Shown here: positions 12,230 to 24,880 of the stretch, one piece after another
Layout: each line of letters starts with the position of its first letter
Position numbering within the stretch: the stretch's first letter is position 1
NCBI GenBank assembly: GCA_963920595.1
Contig: OY986950.1
Coordinates: forward strand, 1,550,001 to 1,614,000
Length of the DNA stretch: 64,000 nucleotides
Direction: 5' to 3'
Source of the DNA: Eimeria praecox
Taxonomy: Eukaryota
Program-made: the position numbers and the translations under genes
The notes under the pieces: model-generated
The model's input: the letters and a program-made list of their open reading frames with translations, nothing else
The model's database searches: none
What the model was told of the DNA's origin: nothing

Positions 12230-13760
12230 TAGTACATGGCAACAGCACGCAGAGGGGAAGCTGATAGAAAGGACCGCCAGTGGCCTCATTGACAACAGCG
12301 AGTACGGTGTTTTCGGCCATCCATCGAAATCCAGCCGAGGGGAACCATATGGAGCTGACGGCCAGTTCGTTTGGCGCCCCATTCAGAGGGCTTACGAGTT
12401 TCAAGCCGGAATGCAAAAGGAGCCATAGACAAGCGGGCTGCGATATGTATTCACGGTGGACATAACCACAGATTCTCGGGTCTACTGCTCAGCGAGTAAG
12501 CTTACCTATAAGGAGCTGCACCCCGTCCACAGAGTCCGCCGGCATTCTTTCATGCCATCATATGGCACAAGACATTGTGCGCTCAACAACTAAACATGGC
12601 AATTTCGCTCGACTTATTTCCAACAGGGCTTGTGAGGGGCTTATTATGCATATGTCGGAAGCATCATCAACTACTTCTATGACTACTGCAGTTAGTGCGC
12701 GCTCTCTCTATTGGTCTGCTGTACTACTGGAGCCTGCGCAACGCGTAAGGATGCATCGAAGAGGCCACTCTGGAGCCGGCCCTGACACATATGCGGCCTG
12801 TGGTCGTGGGCCTATTGGCGTTTGGTGTAACAAACGCATTCTTCGTGTCCAACGGGACGCAAAGAAAGTGCGTTTACGCCATCGTGCTTGGAATGCATCT
12901 GAGCGCCATGCCTTGGCTTTGTGCAAAATAAACGTGCTCGTCCTGATTTGCTGCGTAAATAGTCTCCTGACGCAACTGATGCATTGGTGCGTGATTAGAA
13001 AGTATTACTGGCAGGTACTGGTTTGCAAAAACAGGTGCTGTCCTAAGCGAAGCTTGCGTGCTGCTACAACTGCGTACTACGAAGCTTATAGTTTCATGCT
13101 GCCCTTGGCATAGAGCTATAGTTCCCGAGCTGTCGTCCCTGCCGACAACAGTAAGCCTTGCTCAAACATTTGATTCTTCCCGTTTACGTACTAGAGTATA
13201 GGGGAGCTCTAATCGGTACAATGGGGTGCTTCGGCCGTAGGAAGTGCGGCATCAAAATAATCTGCGAAAATTTGCCTGCTGATGTTTGCCGATATGCCAC
13301 GCACTATGGGAGAACCTCTGCCTTCATCTACGCCGGATGACGATTGGCCCTGCTATGGATTTTTCGCTTGGGTCAGCTCAGTTGGCTGTTCCTAGATGCT
13401 TGGGGCTGGCCTCAGGTGGTTTTGTGCTTAGCTGTTGGTTTCTATTTTGAAACAGACAGTGAGCTATTACTGTTGCGTATTCAACAAGATGGACAGGGCA
13501 TACCCGAAATATTATGATCATCTCTTTACTCTCAGTTGCTCCGGTGGAATTAGAATAGAGGCTGCATGCATAAAGCTCTGCGGACTTGCTAGCGCCAAAC
13601 AAACGTTTACTGGAGCATCATAACTCTCATGCGATCGTCCCCGTAGCAAGTGAGTGGTATTGCTCTCAGAGTTGCTGAGCAGTTCGTTGTGCTGGTGACA
13701 GGCCTTCCGGAGCACTAGCGTAGTGCATGGGGCGTTGCGAATGAACTGCTGGCCAGCTTA
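12230..13760 (+). pseudogene. Decayed pol fragment: RT N-terminal half followed by integrase core
   Basis: KLIERTASGLIDNS...GADGQFVWR (ORF 12150; ~QIEELLxxGxIxPS...KxDGxWR), MAQDIVRSTTKHGNFARLI (ORF 12562; ~MAxEDxxKTAFxTKxGxFEWLV), CCVFNKMDRAYP...IKLCGLAS (ORF 13435; ~VDRFSKMAHFIP...IRLHGLP). Confidence 0.5.
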
Positions 13761-14229
13761 GACCTAGTGCTAATCAGGCCTTCCAGCACCTTACACGGCT
13801 GTCAGCAGATGATTGGCAGACGTAGGGAACGCCTGAAGCAGCAACGAAGCCGCACCGATACAACTAGTGTACTCGGCTGCTCAGTCATGCTTGTTGACCC
13901 TCTGTGTGGAATTAGTTGCCTATGATCGAAAAAATGCAGGCTGTGCGCTTCCGGGTGTTTTCAGTTTGTGGTAACTGTAGAACGCTACAAAGTGCCGTTC
14001 CACTCTGGAGGCGCTCACATAACTGCCCGCCCTAACGAGCAAGGCACTTCCAAGCACTCGTCAAGTTGGAGCTTAACACAACGCTTACGCGAAGCTCATT
14101 ATGTCGAGATCTAATTAGGTTCTCCGAATCGTTTATTCACGGATAGTTGTTTCAGTTTCTTCCCTTAGGGGTCACTGGCTGGAACAACAAGCCATGCCCG
14201 GCATTTACAACGGTGAGGTGACGACTCCG

Positions 14230-14750
14230 CAGTATGCTGCGTCAGCTCAAACGTCTGCTGTGTCTCCTCCGTGTGGTGCAGAAAGTTCGTTTGTAGAGGG
14301 TCAGGGGGCAGTTTTGACACCACTACTAGTAACAGGAGAGAGAGCTTTGAATTTCGGCAGTATGCCAGTGGCCGGTTTGTCTTTCATTCAGGATGTACGG
14401 TCGGTCACCAGTCAATTCATGTATTTGTATGTGCCTCTATGTGACAAATAAAATGCATTCTGAACCAGCATTATCTGTATTTTTGCCTTTCGCCTTGAAG
14501 AACTGGCCTTCAGCGAGATCAGGCCTAAGGGCTGGCAACTGTAAAGCCTCCATGATGCTGCGTGGAGACTGAAAACGGGTGATAGCTTCTGGAATTAGGG
14601 GCGGGTGAGAGATAGCCATAAATAGGTGTTCGCCAATTCTGCCTTATACAAAGCAAGTGAGTGGCTCGAGATATCCTCCTGAGAAGAGGCTTGTTATGAA
14701 AGCGGGTCCATGCCTGTTCTGGATGACAATTCGCGCGAATCTGAGATCCG
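14230..14750 (+). pseudogene. Integrase-core remnant
   Basis: ORF 14194..14451 contains AVLTPLLVTGERALNFGSMPVAGLS (~GLLxPLPVPERxWxxxSMDFVxGLP), followed in another frame by VTNKMHSEP (~LTKMAHFIP) and SLHDA (~RLHG). Confidence 0.5.
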
Positions 14751-15449
14751 GGTCGGTTCTGCGAGATGAGAGTGTGCCTGCCAGCGTTCTCAGGTGCTGG
14801 TTGAATATTGGCTTGCGATATTGCCTTTAGATTTTGAACGCGTTTCGTGCTTGGTGCTTCTTGGAGTTTGTGTGGCTCCTCGTCGCTACACATGCTTGTT
14901 TCTGGGATGCCCTCAATCCGTGTAACCGAAGGAACTGGGATATGATTCTCTGTAGAAATATCGACATGTTCTGACATTATTTGTAGGTAACCAAGTTTAT
15001 TGTGCTGGAATGTGTTGAAATGAACGTTTCGATCATCCATCACTTCAGTTGGAAGCAGGTCAGTGGGTCGCAAGGAAACCTTTAGGACTATCCATCCTGG
15101 TTGAAATTCTTGCTTGGATATTATGCTGTCAGGCCGTGAGTGGCAGGCAATTCCTGGATCTCATCTGGCAATGCGCCGTTTCGTGAGGAGGGAACAAGGC
15201 GGCATAATTGTGGAAAGCACGAACCAAACTGCACATCGCAGGTGGCTGTGACGGCCTAGCGGGTGGGACCATGAAGATTGACACCGCTTAAGTTTTAAAG
15301 GCGCATGCATCCCAGGAAGTCCGTTGTGCATTAAGGGAAGCAGCAGGAGGAATTAGCACTAAAGCACTAAAGTGCTTACACCCAACAGAATTAGCTCTTG
15401 ATAAAGCCATGATCGCATACTTCTTGCGAGTATCTTATATATCCATTTG

Positions 15450-15900
15450 ACCGGCGAGCCGACCAACGGGATAGTGCCTGTACGCATGCTGCCAGCAATC
15501 CGCTTCGGGTACGCTGGTTCTATTGAGGGACGATCTGAACGACGAGAAATGGCTCCCGGCGCAGTGGTCGTTCTCGCGAAGTTTTGGACTATCCAGCCCA
15601 TGAACTGTTCGACACAGAATGTGCGAGTTAGGGTTGGTATAGCAGACCTAGCCTTTGGCCAGGATCCTCGGAGCAGCTTGACACGTTGCTCCTACCAGAG
15701 AGCACCAGGTGCAGTGTGCTTGCTGCAGTTTTGTCGGAGTGTGGACCAGACGTATCTCGACTTGGTGTTTCTGCTACTGAGTTGGGCACAGCTGGATTCG
15801 GGTGCTCGGTGGTTCTTGAAGCACGCGGAGAGCCAAGTGAAGGCACCACAGGCTTGGTTTGCTGGAAGTCGTGGCAGTAAACAACATGTAAGTCAGAAAA
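15450..15900 (+). pseudogene. Possible reverse-transcriptase remnant
   Basis: ORF 15447..15941 has GAVVVLAK (~GAKVFSK) and FCRSVDQTYLDLVFLLL (~FSxxxEEHxxHLxLVFxLL). No intact YxDD. Confidence 0.35.
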
Positions 15901-17066
15901 AAGGGAGCACTAGGGCTTCTAGCTGGGCTGCATGGCTCTAAATGCGCAAAACAGCAATTTTGCGACGGTGGTACTGCCCTTATCGTATGAATGTACTTTT
16001 GTTACCCTCGCGCAAACACCATGCCATGGTGCAATATCTGAGCACCTATGAAGGAGTCTGTTGTCCTGACTATGGAGCAAGCGGGCAACAGTTTCGTCAG
16101 TTGCGAAGGGCATTAGTCGAAAACCCCAACTGCCGCTGGAAATTTGATGTAGCGAGTTACCCTGCACGCATGCCGTGAGTGCAGCATACCTCAAATTTGG
16201 GTTTGTGTTTAATTTGGCCTCAGAAAGTCCGTCCAGTACCTTCCTAGCACTCCCCAGGCACCAAAATGAGTGCGGCGGTCGTCAGGGAGACGGTATTCGC
16301 TCGGAAGCCGCGAGCGCTACTAAGCGTCAAATTCCTGTGCACTGACGTACTGATTGTCTCGATGCCTCTGCCGGAATGTGCTACGCGCGTCACTTGTGGG
16401 ACGTTTTGCGCTATGTGTGGACACGCAGCGCTAAACCTTCCATGAGAAACAATTTTGACGCTGCTAGCGAAGTCCTGGTGAATCCCGGTGCACAAACACT
16501 TTCCTGAAACCTGCATTGGCTGCATGTGCCGGCAGGCTGATAACGCTGACAGGAAAGGAATTGCTTCATCTGTGCTGATGCACTGCTGCAGGTAGATGCA
16601 TTTTTGCATTTCTAGAAAGTAAGCATGATATTTCATTTGCAGTAAGCAACTACGTGTTTGTTGTTTTGCTGCGTAGGCCCAGAAAAAACAAGTCGACTAC
16701 TGTACTGCTTAGCAAGGAGCACAACGTAAAGAGGAGGACGGTTTTCTCAAAGGTGCACTGTATGATCTGGTTGGTGCCGATTGTTATATTAGGGGCCAGA
16801 GGACTGGTGTTTGCGCTTGGGTGTGTAGCTCTTAAGTTCGCATATTTTTCACTTTTATGTGTTAATCGACCTAAATTCTTCAAATAAGGCACTCTCGAAG
16901 ATGCACGCTGAGAACGCTGAGAAGGACGCAGGCGGGATAGCCAATGTTAGGTTCTTGCTTTTTCCGGGTGGGAGCGCTCGGCATCTTACTCGATTGGCTT
17001 AAGAAGGTGGCCAATGATGCGTTCAAACGAGAAGTGGAAGGCAAACGAGGCAATCCCATCGTCTCA

Positions 17067-17120
17067 TAAGTATATACGGCACAGCGCATGCTATAAGTAT
17101 ATACGGCACAGCGCATGCTA
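17067..17120. repeat. Perfect 27-bp tandem duplication (taagtatatacggcacagcgcatgcta x2), present only in copy 1
   Basis: Read directly. The paralog at about 26953 has a single unit, which explains the offset change from 9886 to 9859. Confidence 0.95.
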
Positions 17121-17273
17121 CTGCGTAAACGATTGTCGTGCGCTTCATTGCTTTTGCAGCGGCGAAACACTTAAATGCCGTAAACGCAAGGAGGATGCGA
17201 CAGTCCTTTGACGCGCTCTGCAGCTAGTTAGTCACTCGACTAGGCTAGCCGGTGGCCTAGTTGGATTGACGAG

Positions 17274-17366
17274 TTGATGCGACGCCTTCAGATAAGGCAC
17301 TTGCGAGTGCAGGTGCCTTATGTGAAGGCGTCGCATCAATTCACATAAGGCACTTGCGAGTGCAGG
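17274..17366. repeat. 31-bp-arm inverted repeat (4-nt loop) followed by a direct re-copy of part of the left arm and loop; identical structure at 27133-27225
   Basis: Left arm ttgatgcgacgccttcagataaggcacttgc (17274-17304), loop gagt, right arm gcaggtgccttatgtgaaggcgtcgcatcaa (17309-17339), with 2 mismatches. 17340-17366 repeats 17287-17313 with 1 mismatch. Confidence 0.93.
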
Positions 17367-20069
17367 CAGCCTGGCCATATTATGTATGGTTAGTCTGTCT
17401 GATGTTTCATTTCCTGCTTTTAAAGAAATGCACCAATACATGGAAACGTTCCAGAGTTGTGGTATGCCGCTTCTGTCAGGTTGGCCTTTGGTGGACGTAG
17501 AGAGTATGTTTGCTAGGACGGCGACGCGACAACCTCCATTGACCACTAATGTGCCACCCAGAGGCACACTAAACAGCGAAAATGAGTGAGCGTGAACGCA
17601 TTAAACCAGCACATTCTGCTGTGGATATCAGAGTGCAGGCAATTAAACCAAGCGCGCTGCGTAGGAGTGTTTAGGTGCTTCCGCTAGCAGGCAGTGCGTT
17701 GGCGCATGCACAGGAACACGGGCGTAACGCTTGTTCTTGTAGGCTTTGCATAGAGTAGCTATACGTTCAGGTATATCTGCGTGCGTCCTAGATGGTCTCG
17801 TGAGCTGGCTGCGGCGGTGAAACGTCAAGGCCTTGACGAGCTGATGTCTCTTTTTTTATCGTCGTTGGGAATTACATTTCTCTGGACTGGGTGGCCTTCT
17901 TTAGAAGATGACCACTTGTGGGCCTGTGGGTTTTTGTGAAGACTAGCGATGGCAAAGGAGAATTATGGTTGCGTAGCTCAGAAAGTGGCACGTGTAGGAT
18001 GTGAGTTTTAAGGCTGGGCACTATGCATTGCAGCAAACAAACAGATTGTTTTGCCTGTGTGTGAGGAAGAAAACATATCCATTTGCCACAAGTGCAAATC
18101 GCTGATGAACTTGGAGCGCTCGTAGCTGTAAGACGTTTTGTTGGGCTGTCAACTCCAAATCCACTGACGATTGTGTGTGTAATTGGCGAGGAAGTGTTGC
18201 ATAGGAATAGGAGGGGTGGCGCCGCTCCACGCAGACACTAAGAGATTTGTTGTTGCTTCTGTTGGGTATGCTTGTTCTTGTCGTAGTCTATAGACGGCGG
18301 CAAGGAACATGGGGTCCGTTAAAAGTTCCGCTGAATCTCTTGCCGCATGAGGTGCCGGTTTCCTGTGCATGTGGTGCAATGGCTTTCCAAAAGCATGCCC
18401 AATGATCCGCTGAGAAATGGAAACAGACCCTTAAGTGCTGCGTGTAGGCTTTCCCCAGGTGCGCCTTGTGATGGCGAAGCCGCCTCGCTTCTAGAGCTCC
18501 ATGTTCCGACTGCAGGCCACCATTGCAATGAAGGCTGGTGATTGATTTGACAAAACACATTAGTGGTAGTTTTGCGTAGCTTCTTGCACGTCATACGCGT
18601 TTAACGAGGGTGACCAACGCAGCTTGTGAGTGCCTACAACAGCTTCAAATGTTTTAAGGATGCGCTTGTCGAAGTCATGCGCTCTTGTGTGAATTTGCAC
18701 GTGGGCGTGGAACGTGTTATGCTTGATTGGCCGATTGGATTGCGGCGAACTAAGGGGACTAAAGAGACACGTGCTTCTAGGCGTGTTGAGGAAGAGCGTG
18801 GGCCTTTAGATGCAAGAAATGGTCATCGTTCGAATGGACAGTGTTGCGGGATCGTCACCTCAGGAAGTGAGTTTTAGACCGAAACGATTTTGTGTCTGCC
18901 ACAGCATCCTCAGCCATAGTCTTTTCAAGGTGTTTAACGGAGTATATCTTGGTATGGGTCGGGTGAAGGCCAGCTAGTTCTGCTTGCCTGCCTTAGTGGA
19001 AGCGCTGCTTGGTTTCACTGTGCATGCCATGCGTGAGCACGAGGGGAGCTGCCACCGGATACCAATGGTAAGCTTTCATCCACGCTGGGATTACGTTCAT
19101 GCCTGCTTACTCCCTGTCGTAGCAGCAGCATCCGTAATGTTCTTGACTCAGAAAGCAAGTTTCTAGCATCAGTGGAGGCGATGGGATTCGTGCTATATAA
19201 AAGCAGCGCACAGCTGAAGTTGAAAGATCCTTACAGTTCAGATGCCACATTTGGCGGTCTTTGCATATTGGGGATGACCTGTCGTTCGGTGCATTTCTGT
19301 GTCGCTTTGTGAACCTCTGTGTTTGGAAGCAGTGTTTTAAAGGTGGGAGCAGTTGCGCTTGGGTGCGATGGTTTTATAGCTCGTGAGTCGTTGCGCTCAG
19401 GCGAAATCTGTTTCCCAGGCGTGAGTTGGTTGCCACGCTGAGCACGCCTACTGTGGTGCGGTGCTGGGCGTCCCTGCATGAGGCATTTTCCTATGTGTGG
19501 CACATAGCGTGTCCTGACAACTTCGATGTTTAACTATTACTCCTATTCTATTCTCTTTGGACGAACTGCAGGCTTCATGATTCCTTGGTTTGACCTGTTT
19601 CTTTGGGCTTTATGCACATTTGACCTGTGTCCTTGCGTTTGACGCAGCATGTACGCCAGTCTTGTCACCCTACGTTTAATCGCCTTCGAGAACGCCGAGG
19701 ATGACCTATACTTTGAAATAACTTGAAATATGCAGACTCAAACGTTGGAGGTTTGGAACCGCAAATTTCGATTCTCGTGCATCTTGAATCTTCCATGCTT
19801 GTTTTGACTATTTTCTGTACAGCGTCCTGCACCATGGATGCATTTAGTCGCCTATTAAGCGAGGCGTTTGCTCTCAAGCCAGAATAACGCGCAGCAGGGT
19901 TTTTTTGTTGCTAAGGAGGTGAGTCTGTGTTTTATGCTGCAGCCGCTTGCCTCGCCAGCATGGCTGTGCAAAGGGCATCCAGACTACTCTGCGGGACCCA
20001 AACGAGTCTGTACACTATCTTCCAACATGTAGGATGCGCTCATTTCATCTTCGTGTTTTGGAGAGCACT

Positions 20070-22480
20070 CGTGCACGTTATTGATGCCTCTGCCAAGAAG
20101 TGCAATCTTTGTATATATAAAAGCTTTGGCGGAGCCGTTGACGGGGAATGGCGTCTAGCTGAATTCGCGTGTAAGCTTCATCCTGCCACCTTGGACTCGT
20201 GCCGGCGATAAATGAATGTGAAAAAGTACGCGTTCTACTATGCTGTCCGTGTGTAAACCTTGAAAGGCTTATGCGCAATGTATGTGGGGGATAGAGCCTT
20301 CCGGAAATCTTACCAGAGACTCCATTGCCCGGCACGTTACCTGATGTGCAGGATGTGCGTCACATGTTCCCTGCTGGCTGCCCTCTCGTTTTGGTGTTGG
20401 CTCTCCACAACCGCTAGAGTGGCGTTTTACGCTGTCTGTGGAATGTGATCAACGCTTGGCACTGCATTAGTGTCAGGATGAGCCAAAATGTGGCGCTACC
20501 GGACGTTTGCCAGCACGCTGATACTGTCTTCCTGAACACTTTAACGGAAGTGCCAACTACTACTACTTTAACGGGCGTCCCTATGATATCATGTTGAGTA
20601 GAAAACTCGCTGGCCTCTTTGTTCACTGTTGTAGACAGCAGCGCGTTATTGACACATGCTAGTTCTGCACCGTGAAGGTGTCTGGCAACTATGGGTTTTG
20701 TAGGTGTGCAGTAGAGTGCACTAGGCCCTTTATAGTTGGAGTGCTTTCGGCATCTTATTTGGTCACAGTTTGTCTCAACGAACTGGAGACCTTCGATCGT
20801 TGCACCTCTTGGCGAATGCATGAGGGGGAAAATATTTCATTTTGCTTCTGGCTCACTGGCCTCAAGGCACCTCCAGAGCTTCATGGTTCAGAACACAAGG
20901 AACTAGGAGATTAGTCCCGTTGTTGGTGCAGAGAGCGGCTCTGGTGTTCTCAGGCGGCCTTCTGTCAATGATCTTGCTGCGCCACGGTCGTGCACAAAGG
21001 GAAGATATGTGCATGCTCGGCTCCCCTGTCAGCTAGTCAGTTCTATTTCTTTGCAGCAGGGCGTTCAGGACCACAGGCAAAGTGTTGCTTAGTGTGTGCA
21101 TGCTCCATTCTCAGTAAACGGCAGTACGACAGTATTAGTTTGCTCCCGCGTGGCCATAATCATAACTGAGTTGGACTTGATTTGTTCAGGAATCTGAGGA
21201 TTCGGCACCAAAAAGGGTCAGAGGGCCTTCAGGGCCTTTAGCGATCTTCGTTGAACTCCTGGAGACAGTTCAGCAAACGCTCGAGCAATCGTGATGCCGA
21301 GTGCTTGCTCTTGCACTGGTGCACACAGAAAGTAATTCTTGTTATTCGCAGTGCAGCACATCCTATTCAGCGTTTCAGTTGGCCTTCAACACGTAAGAAC
21401 AGGCATCAACCTAGAGGATAAGGATGCAGTGTACAATTGACCTAAAATTCAGTGGCGGCCAAAACGCCACAAGCGCCTTTCTCATTTCGCGCAGAAGGTG
21501 CGTTTTAACAGCGCTTTGCAAAAGGTGCTTTCTTGAACGACGCATGGACAACTGTGCTGTTGTCGGCATCCTAGAAGCTGGATATCTATCCATTTGATTG
21601 CTCTTGCTTTTGCCGTGCCCTAGTTGCACTGAAATCACCAAAGAGAGAGTTTAAGCACATTGGCGTGGCCTGGGGTTACCTGCTTATAAAGGTGCTGGGG
21701 CTTCGCTGGGTATGGTGTGGACGTGGTTTCTGCAATGAACTTCGTGTGAAAGGCACGATGTTCTGACTTGGGTGGGGAGACGCATGCGTGGGGCCAGTGA
21801 GTTGGGGCATCCGGGGGAGCCATCGTCAACACAGAATGTGCGTTGGCAGGCTTGACCACCCTTTAAAAGTGATCCAGGATGGGCGCCTAAATCAGCCAGC
21901 CCTGACCGGAAGCGGGCTTCGTGCTCTGTATTCTAGAAGGAAGGATAACGTCCGAAAGGCGTGTGGTTTTGAGCTTGCTCACGTTGCCGCGGGTATTCCT
22001 AGTGTTGCTGCCTAACTATGCCTCATGAGATGCTGCTGTCCACCTATACAAACTGTGTCCCTGAGCTGCGCCGCTTGAATGCTTGCCTATCGCGTATCCT
22101 TGAACCGCACGGCGGTGTTGGAGTATCGAATATTTGCTTTCCTCTTGGCTAAAAATCTATATGCTGGGGTTTTAATGTGGATGGTGCAAATGTTGTAGCG
22201 TAGTACGCGAATCAAGTACCGCGCGCTTCTCCCGTTGTTCGTAGTCGCCACGGCATGTGCGTTGTTTAGCGCACCGAACAGGAAGTGCGCTTCGCCTTTG
22301 GACAGTCGCGCAAGTTCGTCGTTGAAAATGCAGAGGGCTCATCTTTGCTTCCGAGAAGTGTTTTTTAGTGTGCGCTGTCAGCTGTATTGGCGTTCGTCAT
22401 GTACCTTGGTTGCTCGCAAGCCGAATGCTGCCTATCAGTTGTAAGCGTGATTTCAATGCCCGATGGGATGTTTTCTAAAT
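20070..22480. repeat. Old, strongly diverged paralog of the macrosatellite unit (about 29930-32350)
   Basis: Colinear patches: ggtcacagtttgtctcaacg (20761) ~ ggtcacgtttgatctcaacg (30601); gacagttcagcaaacgctcgagcaa (~21265) ~ gacagtttaacaagctactcgagcaa (~31105); caggaagtgcgcttcgcctttggacagt (~22279) ~ caggaagtgcgcttcgcgtttggacagt (~32196). Confidence 0.85.
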
Positions 22481-24539
22481 GCAACTTTTGTTGAAGAATC
22501 TCCGCATCTAAGGCTTTGTTGTGATCTGCTCAGGCGGTAGGCGTCTATGTGAACACGGCTGACATGCATAAAATCCAAATCGGCCTAACCAGTTAAAACT
22601 CGCTGCAGGGTTGAAGGCAGACAGCATACACACGAGTGGCTTTGCGGTGCGCGCCCGCCCATTGCTAAAGCTTGTCCTAGGTGTTGAGGAAAGGGATTCC
22701 ATAAGCAGGAACTGGGACTGGAACGTTCGAGCATGGAAGTAACACACGCACTTGTATTTGCCTTGCTTGAAATGCTTTGCAGCACTAAAAATGGTGTATC
22801 GGGCTGCGGTTGCACTGCGTGAAAGAATGCGGGACTTATTAACCAAGCAAGTGCGTCGCGATAGCCTCAGTACTACGGTTGATTCTACCATCGCTACTAT
22901 CGCTGCATCTGTATGCACTGCGTCAAATAGGACCAAGCGCTCCGCCAAATGGGGGCTAACTTGAAGGATGAGTAGGAGGCCCGATTTGTAAATTGCTGCT
23001 CTCTGTGGCATATGATGGAACGTGGGTCTTCTGCGTTAGCTCTTCTAATATTAGAGACACAGCCATGCCCAGCTGCCAATGAGTGCGATTCGGTACGCAC
23101 CTGATTTAACGCTTTTTCCATCTCAATATTGCGGCGCAACTTGTATGGATGCTGAATCTGGTAGCGCAACTGGTATGAGTATTGCGCTTTTCCCTAGTTG
23201 ATGCTCTTGTCTGCCCAGCTAGCCTTTGCACGGGGTGCAAAGGCTAAAGAAGCTTCTGGCGACTAATGCCTGCGTCTGCTGCTTTTGTAAAGCTAGTGGG
23301 TTGGTGCATTCGACTACTGCCGCGACGTGAAAACTATCTAGCTGGCAATTTCCTGGACCAAAGCACCGCCATCAGCCCTTCTTTTCATATGCAAGCAATG
23401 CTGCAGTGCACGTCGGTTGCCACTGTCATGCTAAATCATGCTTGCAGTGTCGGTAGCAGGGCGGAATATGCCTGTGGGGATGGGGCTGGACTGACGACTG
23501 TTCTTACCAACCAGCAGCCTGCATTTGCGAAGCTTCCATTGCTTTTCAAGAGCACGTCTGATGCGGACCAAAGAGCCAGTGATTCAAACACCCGCATTTA
23601 ATGATACTCTATATGCATGCTCGTGCGCTGCTCCACGTTCAGACGGTTAGTTATTTAAGGCTCATTTGAGTGCGCGTTCTGACATCTTGCGTGCACAATA
23701 AGGCTCTGAATATATCCTCTCGGGTGGAAGTGGGCCGTCAGCCCCGCGGGGCAATATTGTTTTTCCAGCACACGTTTGCATTGCCTGCGGAATTGGAATG
23801 CTTTTGGCTTTGCTATGCTTTGGCCAGCTTAATGCCCCATACTTAACGCCGCTAGCAGTGTAACATCCGAATGTGGAGTTGAGAAAGAGGCGTGCGTAGA
23901 GTACGACAGGAGATTGGCAGCTCATCAGAGCGACCTGCGGCGAAAACATTCGCATCCCCATTTGTTGATGGAGCGTGGTGCACGTCGATCTCTCTCTGTG
24001 TGTAGATAGTGCGTCGCATAAAAGTGAAAGGCATTTGCGGCACTTGTGGGAGGTTTGCCCACATCAGCTTCTTCACCTCAGGCCGCTCCTTCGTTAGGTG
24101 GTTTGGGATGGGGCCTGAACGTAACTGCGCAGGTGTATTGCTTGGCTATTCCATCGCAAGCCGTGCTGGCTGTCATGCTATGAGCAGCAAGTGCGTGGTT
24201 ATGGAGTTTATAGTACATGTAGGAGGTGGCGGATACTGCAGGATGAACTATATGCAACGGCTGGCACCGTTGTGGACAGCTTACTGCTGCATACTTGGCA
24301 CTGTTAGAGGTGGAGCATTCGAGTGCAAAGTTGAGAAACGAATGCATGCGTAGACTGCGACAGGAGATTGGCAGCTATTCATATGGAGGGAAGTGCCCAT
24401 TGCGAGGTCAGGGAGTGGGTCTTTAGCCCTGCAGGGTAAAATTGTTCGTCCACCACACTTTTACACTGTCCACGACCTTCGCATATTGTTGCATCTGGCA
24501 TGCTTGGGCCACTACAGGCAATTTTACATGTACTCCTGC

Positions 24540-24880
24540 TGAATAAGCTTTACACTCCTGGAGGAAAATCGCGATCCTAGGACTCCCTGAGGTTCCTCCT
24601 GGGATTTGTGTGCTGTTGCCCTAGTGGGTGCAGTTTATAGTAATCAGCCATAGGGAAACATGAAAGCCAAATTGCATAACCGCCTTGAAATTAAGAGCGC
24701 TGCTTTTGTGTTGCTAGGCTTAGTGGAGGACCCGGAGGGAAATGCAAAGCTCAGATATAACATAGATTTAGAGCGTTGAGAAATGCGTATGAAGCTCGTC
24801 GAGGTGCATCATTTGAATGATGGGCTGCCTCATGGCAAGCAGTTCATGCTGAAAACAAAGAAACGTGGTGCCTTGCAGGA
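24540..24880 (+). pseudogene. Possible integrase-core remnant in + orientation
   Basis: KIAILGLPEV (~24565; ~RLIRxHGLPEV) followed by KLHNRLEIKSAA (~24670; ~QLCxRFxIKRAM). Weak. Confidence 0.35.

Larger units (their letters stand above)
16481..20066. repeat. Segmental duplication, copy 1 (about 3.6 kb, near-identical to 26367-29925)
   Basis: Both copies begin aatcccggtgcacaaacactttcc (16481, 26367). ORF offsets are 9886 (16650->26536) and then 9859 (17232->27091) after a 27-bp indel. Confidence 0.97.

Noticed and set aside
17291..17366. 22-bp direct repeat with a spacer as a mini-CRISPR
   Set aside because: There are only two repeats, the spacer is the reverse complement of adjacent sequence, and there are no cas genes in this eukaryote-like context.
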